In this document: positions 1-9,307 of the stretch, one piece after another
Layout: the number at the start of each line of letters is the position of its first letter
Numbering within the stretch: position 1 is the first letter of the stretch
NCBI GenBank assembly: GCA_963776345.1
Contig: CAVZMH010000016.1
Span: 384,001 to 448,000, forward strand
Reading direction: 5' to 3'
From: an uncultured delta proteobacterium
GTDB taxonomy: Bacteria; Myxococcota; Myxococcia; Myxococcales; Myxococcaceae
Length of the DNA: 64,000 nt
Translations under genes and position numbers: made by a program
Notes under the pieces: model-generated
Databases searched by the model: none
What the model was told of the DNA's origin: nothing
The model's input: the letters and a program-made list of their open reading frames with translations, nothing else

Positions 1-790
1 GGTCGCCAAGATGCCGACCATCGCCGCCTTCAGCTTCCGGCACTCGATGGGGCTGCCGTACGTCTACCCGAACAACGACCTGAGCTTCGTCGGGAACTTC
101 CTGGCGATGATCAAGAAGATCGGGACCGACCACTACAAGGTGAATCCAGTCCTGGAGCACGCCCTGGAGGTACTGTTCATCCTCCACGCCGACCACGAGC
201 AGAACTGCAGCACCACCGCCACCCGCCTGGTGGGCTCGAGCCAGGTGGACCCCTTCTCGGCGGTCGCCGCGGGCATCACCGCGCTGTACGGGCCGCTGCA
301 CGGCGGCGCGAACGAGGCGGTGCTGAAGATGCTCCGCACCATCGGCCACGTGAGCAAGGTCCCCGAGTTCATCAAGGACGTGAAGGGGGGCGAGGGCGAG
401 ACCAAGCTGATGGGCTTCGGCCACCGGGTCTACAAGAGCTACGACCCGCGGGCGAAGGTCATCAAGCGCGTGGCGGACGAGGTGTTCGAGGTCACGGGCA
501 AGAGCCCGCTCCTGGACATCGCGCTGGAGCTGGAGCGGATCGCGCTCCAGGACGACTACTTCGTGAAGCGGAAGCTCTACCCCAACGTCGACTTCTACTC
601 GGGGCTGATCTACGAGGCGCTGGGTTTCCACTCCGAGTTCTTCCCGGTGCTCTTCGCCATCCCCCGCACCGTCGGCTGGGCCGCCCAGTGGGAGGAGATG
701 GTGCTGGACAGCGAGCAGAAGATCGCCCGCCCCCGGCAGATCTACACCGGCGCCAAGCGCCGGGACTACCTTGCCTTCGACAAGCGCTGA
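1..790 (+). CDS. gltA: Citrate synthase, C-terminal part (gene starts before the window)
   Basis: Motifs LHADHEQNCST, GPLHGGANE, MGFGHRVYKSYDPRA and YPNVDFYSG; frame is open to the window edge. Confidence 0.97.
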   Translation, partial: VAKMPTIAAFSFRHSMGLPYVYPNNDLSFVGNFLAMIKKIGTDHYKVNPVLEHALEVLFILHADHEQNCSTTATRLVGSSQVDPFSAVAAGITALYGPLHGGANEAVLKMLRTIGHVSKVPEFIKDVKGGEGETKLMGFGHRVYKSYDPRAKVIKRVADEVFEVTGKSPLLDIALELERIALQDDYFVKRKLYPNVDFYSGLIYEALGFHSEFFPVLFAIPRTVGWAAQWEEMVLDSEQKIARPRQIYTGAKRRDYLAFDKR

Positions 791-799
791 CCCCGGACC

Positions 800-1165
800 A
801 TGACGCTCGACTTCACCTGCCAGAAGTGCGAGGGCACCTTCGAGATCGACGCCCAGGATCTCATCGACGGGACCGAGAAGCTCGAGTGCCCCCACTGCAA
901 CACCCGCGCACCGGCGGCTGCGGTCGATGACTTCGTCGCCGCCCTCACCGAGATGCGGGCGCAGGTGGCGGCGCTGAGCAAGAAGTTCACGGTCTCCACC
1001 ACCCTGGAGAGCGAGGACCTGGCCGAGCTCGACGCCGACGAGGACGACGACGAGGACGAGGACGAGGAAGACGTCGACGACGACGAGGACGACGACGACG
1101 ACGACGACGACGAGGACCTCGACGAGGACGACGAAGACCTCGAGGACGAGGAGGAGAAGAAGTAG
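800..1165 (+). CDS. Small Zn-ribbon protein (CxxC...CxxC) with a long Asp/Glu C-terminal tail
   Basis: CQKC and CPHC motifs, ~45-residue acidic tail, starts 9 bp after the gltA stop, host-like codon usage. Confidence 0.8.
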   Translation: MTLDFTCQKCEGTFEIDAQDLIDGTEKLECPHCNTRAPAAAVDDFVAALTEMRAQVAALSKKFTVSTTLESEDLAELDADEDDDEDEDEEDVDDDEDDDDDDDDEDLDEDDEDLEDEEEKK

Positions 1166-1227
1166 CCGACGTCCCCCGCGTGTCGCCCGGCGCCCGCAGG
1201 GCTCGGCGCCGCAGCAGCCGCTGACTG

Positions 1228-1266
1228 GAAAGCCCGGCCCCCCCTCCCAAGGGAAGCCGGGCTTTC
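1228..1266. terminator. Inverted repeat / probable intrinsic terminator after the gltA unit
   Basis: GAAAGCCCGGC (1228-1238) pairs perfectly with GCCGGGCTTTC (1256-1266); only a short T tract. Confidence 0.5.
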
Positions 1267-1411
1267 GCGAGGCGAACTCCGATGGGGCATCGCCACCCGT
1301 GCGGCTTGGGTGACGAGTCTGGTGGAGCAGCGTCGGCCCTGCTCCATCGTGGGAGCCTGTTCGTATTCCGCCCGGCGATTGAGTGTCAAGAACCGCGCTG
1401 GCGGAGGCAGG

Positions 1412-2818
1412 ATGCATGCCGTGGCGCGTCGCTCGAAGATCGTCTGCACGCTGGGCCCGGCGTCCGATGCGCCCCGCGTGCTGGCTGGAATGGTCGCCGC
1501 GGGTATGGACGTGGCGCGCCTCAACTTCTCCCACGGGAGCGCGGCCGAGCACCGGGCCCGCACAGGGATGGTGCGCCGGATCGCGCGGAGGGCCGGGCGC
1601 AACGTCGCGATCCTCCAGGACCTCCAGGGCCCCAAGCTGCGGCTGGGGACCTTCGCGGAGGGCCGGGTGGAGCTCGTCGCCGGCGACACGGTGCTGCTGG
1701 CCACGCAGGCCGGTGTGGTGGGCAGCCCACGGCTCATCCCCGTCCCGCTACCCTCGCTGGCCCTTGACTGCCGCGTGGGAGACCCGGTGCTCCTCGACGA
1801 CGGCCGGCTGCGGCTCCGGGTCCGCCGGCGGCGAGGCCGGGACGTGGAGGCCGAGGTCGAGGTGGGCGGCCCCATCTCCGACCACAAGGGAGTGAGCCTG
1901 CCCGGCGCGGCGTTGTCGATCCCCGCGTTCACTCCCAAGGACCGGCGCGATGCCGCGCTGGGCCGGGCGCTCGGGGTGGACCTGGTCGCCATGTCCTTCG
2001 TGCGCTCCGCACGCGACGTGGAGCGGGCGCGCCGGCACCTCGCGCCGGGCACGCCGCTGATCGCCAAGATGGAGAAGCCGCAGGCGATCGAGGCGATGGA
2101 GGAGATCCTCCGCACCGCCGACGGGGTGATGGTGGCCCGCGGCGACCTCGGCGTCGAGCTGCCGCTGGAGCAGGTGCCGGGGATCCAGAAGCGGCTGGTG
2201 CGGCGGGCCAACGTGCTCGGCCGCACCTGCATCGTGGCCACCGAGATGCTGGAGAGCATGATCCAGTCGCCCCGCCCCACCCGCGCCGAGGTCTCGGACG
2301 TGGCCAACGCGGTGCTGGACGGCGCGGATGCGGTGATGCTCTCGGCGGAGACCGCGGTCGGCCACGACCCGGTCGCGGCGGTGGCGACGATGGCCCGCAT
2401 CGTGGAGGAGGCGGAGCGCTCCGCCCCCGCACGGGTCCGACCCGAGCTCGACGGGGCGTCCGTGTCCTCGGGCATCGCCGCGGCAGCGGTGGAGGCGGCG
2501 CGCAGCGTCGGCGCGAAGGTCATCGTGGCCTACACCGAGAGCGGCTACACCGCGCGCCTGGTCGCCGCGTTCCGTCCCCCGATGCCCGTCCTCGCGCTCA
2601 CGCCGAACGAGCCGGTGGTTCACCAGCTCGCCCTCGCCTGGGGCGTGGAGGCACACCGGGTTCCGCGGCTGCGCTCGACCGACGCGGTCATGCAGCGGGC
2701 CCGGACCGAGGCGCGCCGGCGCGGCCTCGCCGCTCCGGGCGAGCGGATGGCCATCGTCGCCGGGGTGCCCCTGAACGAGCCCGGGAACACCAACGTGCTC
2801 ACGGTGCAGCGGGTGTGA
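1412..2818 (+). CDS. pyk: Pyruvate kinase
   Basis: KIVCTLGPAS, ARLNFSHG, DLQGPKLR, MVARGDLGVE, PTRAEVSDVANA; GGAGG RBS upstream of ATG 1412. Confidence 0.97.
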   Translation: MHAVARRSKIVCTLGPASDAPRVLAGMVAAGMDVARLNFSHGSAAEHRARTGMVRRIARRAGRNVAILQDLQGPKLRLGTFAEGRVELVAGDTVLLATQAGVVGSPRLIPVPLPSLALDCRVGDPVLLDDGRLRLRVRRRRGRDVEAEVEVGGPISDHKGVSLPGAALSIPAFTPKDRRDAALGRALGVDLVAMSFVRSARDVERARRHLAPGTPLIAKMEKPQAIEAMEEILRTADGVMVARGDLGVELPLEQVPGIQKRLVRRANVLGRTCIVATEMLESMIQSPRPTRAEVSDVANAVLDGADAVMLSAETAVGHDPVAAVATMARIVEEAERSAPARVRPELDGASVSSGIAAAAVEAARSVGAKVIVAYTESGYTARLVAAFRPPMPVLALTPNEPVVHQLALAWGVEAHRVPRLRSTDAVMQRARTEARRRGLAAPGERMAIVAGVPLNEPGNTNVLTVQRV

Positions 2819-2919
2819 TCTCGCCGAGGCCGTCCGGCCCGGCCCCTCGCGCGCGGGCCAGCGCCGCTCGGCACGCGCCCGGGAGCGCACGTCTGTCGAG
2901 AGGCGGACTCCGGACGTGG

Positions 2920-3798
2920 GTGATCGCCGTGGTGCTGGCCCTCGGCGCCCCGGTCGCCGCTCAGGAGCAGGAGGTGGGCGACGCCGAAGAGGCCCCGACC
3001 TCGCCGGGAACCGATGCCGGGCAGGTCCCGACCTCGCCGGAACCCGACGCCGGGGAGGCCCCGACCTCGCCGGGAGCCGACGACCGCGACGCCTCGGAGC
3101 GGGATGCTTCCGCCCGCGTCACCCACCGGCCCCCATCCGCTCGCTTCGAGCTGAAGCGCACCGCCTCGAATCGGGGTGCGATCGACCAGAGCACCCGCAC
3201 GACGCTCCGCGCCGAAGTTCTCCTCGACTCCCCCGTGACCCTGGTGCGGCTCGAGCTACCCTTCGTCGACAAGAACGACAGCACCACCGGCGAGTCGCTG
3301 ACCCCGGGGTTCGGCGATCTGAAGAGCAGGGTCGCCTTCGCACCGTTGCCGGTCCCCGGAGCTCCGATCGCGTTCTTCTTCGAGCTCGTCTTCCCCACCG
3401 CGAGGGACTCGCTCGGCTTCGGGAAGTACCAGGTTGCGCCCGGGGTCACGGCGACGATGAACCTCGCGTCGTGGCACCAGCCTCTGCTCCTCTTCGTTCC
3501 GCTGCTCGAGCACTTCGTCTCGTTCGCCGGCGACCCGAGCCGCGACCCGGTCAACTACACGCAGGCGGAGCTCAACGTCGAGGCGCGGTGGCCCGCCCTC
3601 TGGCTCAGCCTGAACGCCAAGCCGGTGCTCGACTGGACGAAGGGGGGTGACTCGGCCTCCGTGCTCGAGCTGGAGCTGAGCTGGCTCCCCTCCACCCACT
3701 GGCGACTCTGGTTCAAGGTGGGGCAGCGCCTGTGGGGCGGGCGCCTTCCAGCCACCTACGACCAGCAGCTGGAGCTCGGAGTTCGCTGGACTCCCTGA
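2920..3798 (+). CDS. Exported, probable outer-membrane beta-barrel protein with Pro/acidic N-terminal repeats (start uncertain, 2815 or 2920)
   Basis: Signal-peptide-like VIAVVLALGAPVAAQ, alternating hydrophobic strands, C-terminal LELGVRW. Confidence 0.55.
   Translation: MIAVVLALGAPVAAQEQEVGDAEEAPTSPGTDAGQVPTSPEPDAGEAPTSPGADDRDASERDASARVTHRPPSARFELKRTASNRGAIDQSTRTTLRAEVLLDSPVTLVRLELPFVDKNDSTTGESLTPGFGDLKSRVAFAPLPVPGAPIAFFFELVFPTARDSLGFGKYQVAPGVTATMNLASWHQPLLLFVPLLEHFVSFAGDPSRDPVNYTQAELNVEARWPALWLSLNAKPVLDWTKGGDSASVLELELSWLPSTHWRLWFKVGQRLWGGRLPATYDQQLELGVRWTP
2986..3084 (+). repeat. Three imperfect 33-bp in-frame tandem repeats
   Basis: Core CCGACCTCGCCGG at 2995, 3028 and 3061; encodes 11-aa units such as EAPTSPGTDAG. 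Confidence 0.85.
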
Positions 3799-3825
3799 CC
3801 GCCTGCCCCCCCCGGCGGTGCCGCC

Positions 3826-4833
3826 TCAGGACACGCCCGGGTGCTCCCGCCATCCGTGCAGCAGGTGGATGTAGTTCGCGCGCTCGTACGCCGAGGGGTC
3901 GGGGCACGCCTTGAGGTTCATGCTCCCCCGCAGCTGCCGGACGGAGGTGTACTCGCGCTCCACCAGCCACCGCTCCAGCGACGCCCGCAGCGACATCAGT
4001 CGCGAGGGACCGTTCCGGAGCAAGGTGGAGACCAGCTGGACGGCCGTCGCGCCCGCCATCAGCGCGCGGATGATGTCCACCGTCTCGTGCACCCCGCCGC
4101 TGATCGCCAGGGGGATCTTCCGCTGCGACGAGAGGATCGCCAGCCAGCGGAGCCGGAGCGGGAGCTCGGAGCTGTCCGAGAGGTGGAGGACCCGCTTCAC
4201 CTCCAGCGCCTCCACGTCGATCTCCGGCTCGAACAGCCGGTTGAAGAGCACCAGCGCGTCCGCGCCCGCCTCCTCGAGGCCTCGGGCGACGTTGGCGACG
4301 GACGTGTAGAACGGCGAGAGCTTCACCGCGACCGGGATCTTCACCCGCTCCTTCAGCGTCCGGACCAGCTCCAGCATGTCCTTTTCCACCGCCGCGCCGT
4401 CGCGGGTCGGGTCGGTCGGCACGGCGTACAGGTTCAGCTCCAGCGCCGAGGCGCCCGCCTGTTCGATGAGCCGGGCGAAGTCGATCCACCCGCCGAGCGT
4501 CGTCCCGTTCAGCGAAGCGATGACCGGCACCTTCACCGCGGCGCGGATCTTCCGCAGCTGCTCGAGGTACCGGTCCGGGCCCATCCGGTAGTCGGACGGC
4601 TCCGGGAGCATGCTCGAGGCTTCCGCCGAGAAGCTCTGGTGCTGCTCGGTGGCCATGAACGTCGACAGCGCCTCCTGCGTGAGCTGCTCCTCGAACAGCG
4701 AGCGCATCACGATGGCCGGGGCGCCGGCGTCCTCCAGCGCCCGGACCGTGCCCAGCTCGTCCGCCAGCGGGGACGCCCCCGGCAACAGGGGGTGCGCCAG
4801 CTTCAGTCCCAGGTACTCGACCGAGAGATCCAT
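3826..4833 (-). CDS. Dihydroorotate dehydrogenase-like FMN protein (PFOR-associated type)
   Basis: MDLSVEYLGLKLAHP...ASPL, PVIASLNG, PVAVKLSPF, ISGGV, GATAVQLVS; ATG lies 8 bp downstream of the nifJ stop. Confidence 0.88.
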   Translation of the reverse strand: MDLSVEYLGLKLAHPLLPGASPLADELGTVRALEDAGAPAIVMRSLFEEQLTQEALSTFMATEQHQSFSAEASSMLPEPSDYRMGPDRYLEQLRKIRAAVKVPVIASLNGTTLGGWIDFARLIEQAGASALELNLYAVPTDPTRDGAAVEKDMLELVRTLKERVKIPVAVKLSPFYTSVANVARGLEEAGADALVLFNRLFEPEIDVEALEVKRVLHLSDSSELPLRLRWLAILSSQRKIPLAISGGVHETVDIIRALMAGATAVQLVSTLLRNGPSRLMSLRASLERWLVEREYTSVRQLRGSMNLKACPDPSAYERANYIHLLHGWREHPGVS

Positions 4834-4841
4834 GTGCGGGC

Positions 4842-7800
4842 TCACTCCAGGGCGGCCGCGGGTGGCGGCCGGACATCGGGGATGGCCGTGGCCTGCGGCA
4901 CGACGACCTTGGCCAGCTGCTCGTAGACGCCGTAGCGCTGGGTGACGTTCTGCTGCGCCCAGACCAGGAGCTGCTTGTAGCGCTCGGGGTCCAGCGACTC
5001 GGTGATCCGGAAGCGGGCCTCCTCGCGCATGTACTCGCGCAGGGGGATCTTTGCCGGTCCCGAGTCGAGCACCAGCGGCGGCTGCCCGGCGGCGATGCGC
5101 CGCGGGTCGAAGCGGTAGAGCGGCCAGGTCGCCGAGTCCACCGCCCGCTTCTGCTGCTCGAGCCCGTGCACCAGGTCGTAGCCATGGGCGATGCAGTGGC
5201 TGTAGGCGATGACCAGCGAGGGGCCGCGGTAGCTCTCGGCCTCGAGCATCGCCCTGACCACCTGCGCGTCCTTGGCCCCGAAGGCCACCTGGGCCACGTA
5301 GGCGGTCCGGTAGCCCATCGCCAGGAGCCCCAGGTCCTTCTTCCCGGTGGACTTGCCGGCAGCGGCGAACTTGGCCGCGGCGCCGAGCGGCGTGGCCTTG
5401 GACTGCTGGCCGCCGGTGTTCGAGTACACCTCGGTGTCGAGCACCAGGATGTTCACGTCCACGTCCGTCGAGACGACGTGGTCGAGCCCGCCGTAGCCGA
5501 TGTCGTAGGCCCAGCCGTCGCCGCCGACGATCCACACCGTCTTCTTCACCAGGTGGTCGGCGAGGCTGCCCAGGGTCCGGCCCTCGAGGGTGTCGGGTTT
5601 CACCCGGGCCTTCAGCTCGGCGACTCGCTTCCGCTGCGCGGCGATGCCGCCTTCCGTGGACTGGTCCGCCTCGAGCAGCGCGGTGACGAACGCGTCCCCG
5701 AGCACCGGGGCCTGCCGCTTGAGCACCGTCTCCGCGAGGTGCCGGAGCGCGTCCGACCCGAGGCGGATGCCGAAGCCGAACTCGGCGTTGTCCTCGAAGA
5801 GCGAGTTGGCCCAGGCCGGGCCGCGCCCCTCGCGGTTCACCGTGTACGGGGTCGTCGGGAGGTTCCCTCCGTAGATCGACGAGCAGCCGGTGGCGTTGGC
5901 GACGATCAGCCGGTCCCCGAAGAGCTGGGTCAAGAGCTTGATGTACGGCGTCTCACCGCAGCCGGAGCAGGCGCCCGAGAACTCGAACAGCGGCTGGAGG
6001 AACTGCGAGCCCTTCACGTCCATCCGGAGCGTGGTCCGATCCACCTCGGGCAGGTCGAGGAAGAACTCGAACGACCTCGCTTCCTGGAGGCGGAGCGGCG
6101 GCTGTGGCGCGAGCTCCAGCGCCTTGTGGCGGGGGTTCGCCTTGTCCTTCGCCGGGCAAACCTCGATGCAGAGCCCGCAGCCGGTGCAGTCCTCCGGCGC
6201 GACCTGGACCGTGTACGCGCTTCCGGCCTGGCCCTTGAAGGCCATGTGCTTGAAGCCCTGGGGCGCGGTGGCCACCGCCCCCTCTCCGTAGACCTTGGTC
6301 CGGATGGCGGCGTGCGGGCAGACCAGCGCGCACTTGTTGCACTGGATGCAGATCGGCGCGTCCCAGACGGGGATCTCCAGCGCCAGGTTCCGCTTCTCCC
6401 ACTTCGCCGTTGCCGTGGGCCAGGTCCCGTCCACCGGGAAGGCGCTGACCGGGAGCAGGTCGCCCTTGTTCTCCAGCATCACCGCCGTGACCCGGCGCAC
6501 GAAGTCTGGCGCCTCGGGAGCGACGACCGGCGGCCGGCCGCGGGTCGAGGTCATCTTCCCCGGCACCTTCACCGGGAAGAGCGAGGCGAGCGAGGCGTCC
6601 ACCGCGGCGTGGTTCCGCCGCACCACCTCGGCGCCCTTCTTCTTGTAGGTCTTCTCGATGGACTTCTTGATCTGGTCGATGGCCTCGTCGCGCGGGAGCA
6701 CGCCGGAGAGCGCGAAGAAGCAGGCCTGCATCACGGCGTTGATCCGCCCGCCCATCCCCGCCGCCTGCGCGACCTTCACCGCATCGATGACGTGGAGCTG
6801 GAGCTTCTTCTCCAGCACCGTCTCCTGGAACTCGCGCGGCAGCCGGTCCCAGAGCTGTTCCGGGGCGTACGGGGCGTTGATCAGCACCACCGCGCCCGGC
6901 GCGGCGAGGTCCAGCACGTCCATCCGGTCGATGAGCTGGAACTGGTGCACGCCCACGAAGCCGGCCTCCTTGACCAGGTACGACGAGCGGATGGGCCCTG
7001 GCCCGAAGCGGAGGTGGCTGATGGTCATCGCCCCCGACTTCTTCGAGTCGTAGACGAAGTAGCCCTGGGCCGCGTGGTCCGTCTCCTCACCGATGATCTT
7101 GATCGAGGCCTTGTTGGCGCCGACGGTCCCGTCCGAGCCGAGGCCGTAGAACACCGCCTGGGTACGGCCCGGCACCGAGATCTCGAAGTCCCGCCTCCAG
7201 TCGAGCGAGGTCCGGGTCACGTCGTCGACGATGCCCACCGTGAAGTGGTTCTTCGGCTCGGGGCGGCCGAGGTTCTCGAAGACCGCCCGCACCATGCCGG
7301 GATCGAACTCCTTCGAGGACAGCCCGTACCTGCCACCCACCACGGTCGGCATCGGACGGCTGGTGCGGGCCTCGGCGAACGTCGTCAAGACGTCCATGTA
7401 CAGCGGCTCGCCCGGGGCGCCGGGTTCCTTGGTGCGATCGAGCACCGACACCGCGCGGACGGTCTTCGGGAGCCCGGCGAGGAAGGCCGCCGCCGGGAAG
7501 GGCCGGTACAGCCTTATCTTCAGGACGCCGACCCGCTCACCCTTGGTCAGGAGCCAGTCGACGGTCTCGTGCGCCACCTCGGCCCCGGAGCCCATCGCCA
7601 CCACCACCCGCTCGGCCTCCGGGTGACCGTGGTAGTCGACGAGGTGGTACTGGCGGCCGGTGAGTCCCGCCAGTCGGTCCATCTCCTCCTGCACCAACCC
7701 CGGGACTGCGGCGTAGAACGGGTTGCAGGCCTCGCGGGCCTGGAAGAAGGCGTCCGGGTTCTGCGCCGTGCCGCGGAGCACCGGGTGCTCGGGGTCGAGG

Positions 7801-8423
7801 GCGCGGGCGCGGTGGGCGGCGATCGCCTCCTCGTTCACCATCGCGCGGAGCTGCTCGTCCGAGATCTCGGCGATCTTCGCCACCTCGTGCGAGGTGCGGA
7901 ACCCGTCGAAGAAGTGGAGGAACGGCACCCGGGCCCTCAGCGTCGTCGCGTGGGCCACCGCCGCGAGGTCGTGCGCCTCCTGCACCGAGCCAGAGGCCAG
8001 GAGCCCCAGCCCGATCTGCCGGCAGGCCATCACGTCCGAGTGGTCGCCGAAGATGCTCAGCGCGTGAGTGGCGAGCGTCCTCGCCGCCACGTGCATGCAG
8101 AACGCGGTGAGCTCCCCGGCGATCTTGTAGAGGTTGGGGATCATCAGGAGCAGGCCCTGCGACGCGGTGAAGGTCGTCGTCAGCGCCCCGGCCTGGAGCG
8201 CCCCGTGGACCGCTCCGGCCACGCCGGCCTCGGACTGGAGCTGCACGACCCGCGGGACCACGCCCCAGATGTTCTGTTGCCCGTGCGCCGACCACTCGTC
8301 GGCCAGCTCGGCCATCGCCGAGGAGGGGGTAATGGGGTAGATGGCGATGGTCTCGGACAGCCTGTGGGCGACCGAGGCCACGGCCTCGTTCCCGTCAACC
8401 GTGAGGAGGCGCGGCGAGCTCAT
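4842..8423 (-). CDS. nifJ: Pyruvate:ferredoxin (flavodoxin) oxidoreductase, single-chain
   Basis: DGNEA, YPITPSS, QSEAG, GLGSDGTVGANK, two CxxCxxCxxxCP motifs, GACSGCGE, GGDGWAYDIG TPP motif; ~1190 aa. Confidence 0.97.
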   Translation of the reverse strand: MSSPRLLTVDGNEAVASVAHRLSETIAIYPITPSSAMAELADEWSAHGQQNIWGVVPRVVQLQSEAGVAGAVHGALQAGALTTTFTASQGLLLMIPNLYKIAGELTAFCMHVAARTLATHALSIFGDHSDVMACRQIGLGLLASGSVQEAHDLAAVAHATTLRARVPFLHFFDGFRTSHEVAKIAEISDEQLRAMVNEEAIAAHRARALDPEHPVLRGTAQNPDAFFQAREACNPFYAAVPGLVQEEMDRLAGLTGRQYHLVDYHGHPEAERVVVAMGSGAEVAHETVDWLLTKGERVGVLKIRLYRPFPAAAFLAGLPKTVRAVSVLDRTKEPGAPGEPLYMDVLTTFAEARTSRPMPTVVGGRYGLSSKEFDPGMVRAVFENLGRPEPKNHFTVGIVDDVTRTSLDWRRDFEISVPGRTQAVFYGLGSDGTVGANKASIKIIGEETDHAAQGYFVYDSKKSGAMTISHLRFGPGPIRSSYLVKEAGFVGVHQFQLIDRMDVLDLAAPGAVVLINAPYAPEQLWDRLPREFQETVLEKKLQLHVIDAVKVAQAAGMGGRINAVMQACFFALSGVLPRDEAIDQIKKSIEKTYKKKGAEVVRRNHAAVDASLASLFPVKVPGKMTSTRGRPPVVAPEAPDFVRRVTAVMLENKGDLLPVSAFPVDGTWPTATAKWEKRNLALEIPVWDAPICIQCNKCALVCPHAAIRTKVYGEGAVATAPQGFKHMAFKGQAGSAYTVQVAPEDCTGCGLCIEVCPAKDKANPRHKALELAPQPPLRLQEARSFEFFLDLPEVDRTTLRMDVKGSQFLQPLFEFSGACSGCGETPYIKLLTQLFGDRLIVANATGCSSIYGGNLPTTPYTVNREGRGPAWANSLFEDNAEFGFGIRLGSDALRHLAETVLKRQAPVLGDAFVTALLEADQSTEGGIAAQRKRVAELKARVKPDTLEGRTLGSLADHLVKKTVWIVGGDGWAYDIGYGGLDHVVSTDVDVNILVLDTEVYSNTGGQQSKATPLGAAAKFAAAGKSTGKKDLGLLAMGYRTAYVAQVAFGAKDAQVVRAMLEAESYRGPSLVIAYSHCIAHGYDLVHGLEQQKRAVDSATWPLYRFDPRRIAAGQPPLVLDSGPAKIPLREYMREEARFRITESLDPERYKQLLVWAQQNVTQRYGVYEQLAKVVVPQATAIPDVRPPPAAALE

Positions 8424-8436
8424 GACCCCGGGCGAA

Positions 8437-8452
8437 AGCACGACCCGTGCCC
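8437..8452 (-). promoter_or_regulatory. Candidate sigma54 (-24/-12) promoter for nifJ
   Basis: Minus strand reads GGGCACGGGTCGTGCT = GG-N10-GC with GGCAC, 14 bp from the ATG. Confidence 0.5.
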
Positions 8453-8662
8453 CCCGCGCACGACGCACCGCATAGGAGGGCTCGGGGGCGGATCCGCCTG
8501 CAGCACTTGCGGTTCAGGGGGAGCGCCAGGGCCGTAGTTGCGCACGGTTCTCGCAAGCCTTCCGACCGGCTCCGGGATGGCAAGTACCGGGGCGCAGGGA
8601 GTGCGCGGGGCGCCCGTCGCACGGTGGGACCGCGAAACCTTTGCGGGTCAGGAGGACCGACC

Positions 8663-9115
8663 ATGGAGCTGAGCGCGAGTCAGGTTCGCAGCCTCATCCT
8701 GGACGAGCACACGGTGCTCCGGGACGTCCTCGACGAGATTGAGGAGACGCTGGGTGAGATGACGCGGCGAGTCCCCGGCGCCATCGGGCGCCTCCGGGCC
8801 AGCCTGCGGACGCTGCACGATGCATTCCTCAGGCACCTGAGCCACGAGGAGACGGTCCTCCGGCCCATCCTGGTCGACGTGGACGCGTGGGGACCCGCCC
8901 GGGTGGAGGCGATGGACGAGGAGCACCGGGCGCAGCGGACGGCGCTCGCCGAGCTGCCCCGGCTCGCCCTGGACGAGGACGTGGACGGGACGGTGCAGCG
9001 CATTGAGGACCTTGTGCGGAGGCTCCGCGCCGACATGGACGGCGAGGAGACCCACGCGCTCAGCGAGGAAGTGCTCCGCGACGACATCATCGTGATCGAC
9101 ACGTTCATGGGGTGA
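8663..9115 (+). CDS. Hemerythrin/HHE cation-binding domain protein
   Basis: EH...HLSHEE...EH...DMDGEE helical pattern; GGAGG RBS at 8651-8655. Confidence 0.8.
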   Translation: MELSASQVRSLILDEHTVLRDVLDEIEETLGEMTRRVPGAIGRLRASLRTLHDAFLRHLSHEETVLRPILVDVDAWGPARVEAMDEEHRAQRTALAELPRLALDEDVDGTVQRIEDLVRRLRADMDGEETHALSEEVLRDDIIVIDTFMG

Positions 9116-9307
9116 GGAGACCGCCCGGGCGACGCCCGGGGGCCAGGCCTCCCGGAACGCCCCCCGAGCCGCCGATTTCGGCGCCCTCCTGCACCGGCGT
9201 GGCAGCCGGGGCGGCACCTCGGCGAAATCGAGCGGCCATGGCTCCGACGGCCACGCAGGTCACCGGCATCACCGCGCCCGGGCCGTGACGGCCGCCCCGC
9301 GCGGGCG

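Noticed and set aside
1030..1155. GAC/GAG microsatellite as a non-coding repeat
   Set aside because: Explained by the Asp/Glu tail of the 800-1165 protein.
5166..8537. 1123-aa plus-strand ORF and many other long antisense ORFs
   Set aside because: Shadows of real genes caused by high-GC codon bias; no motifs.
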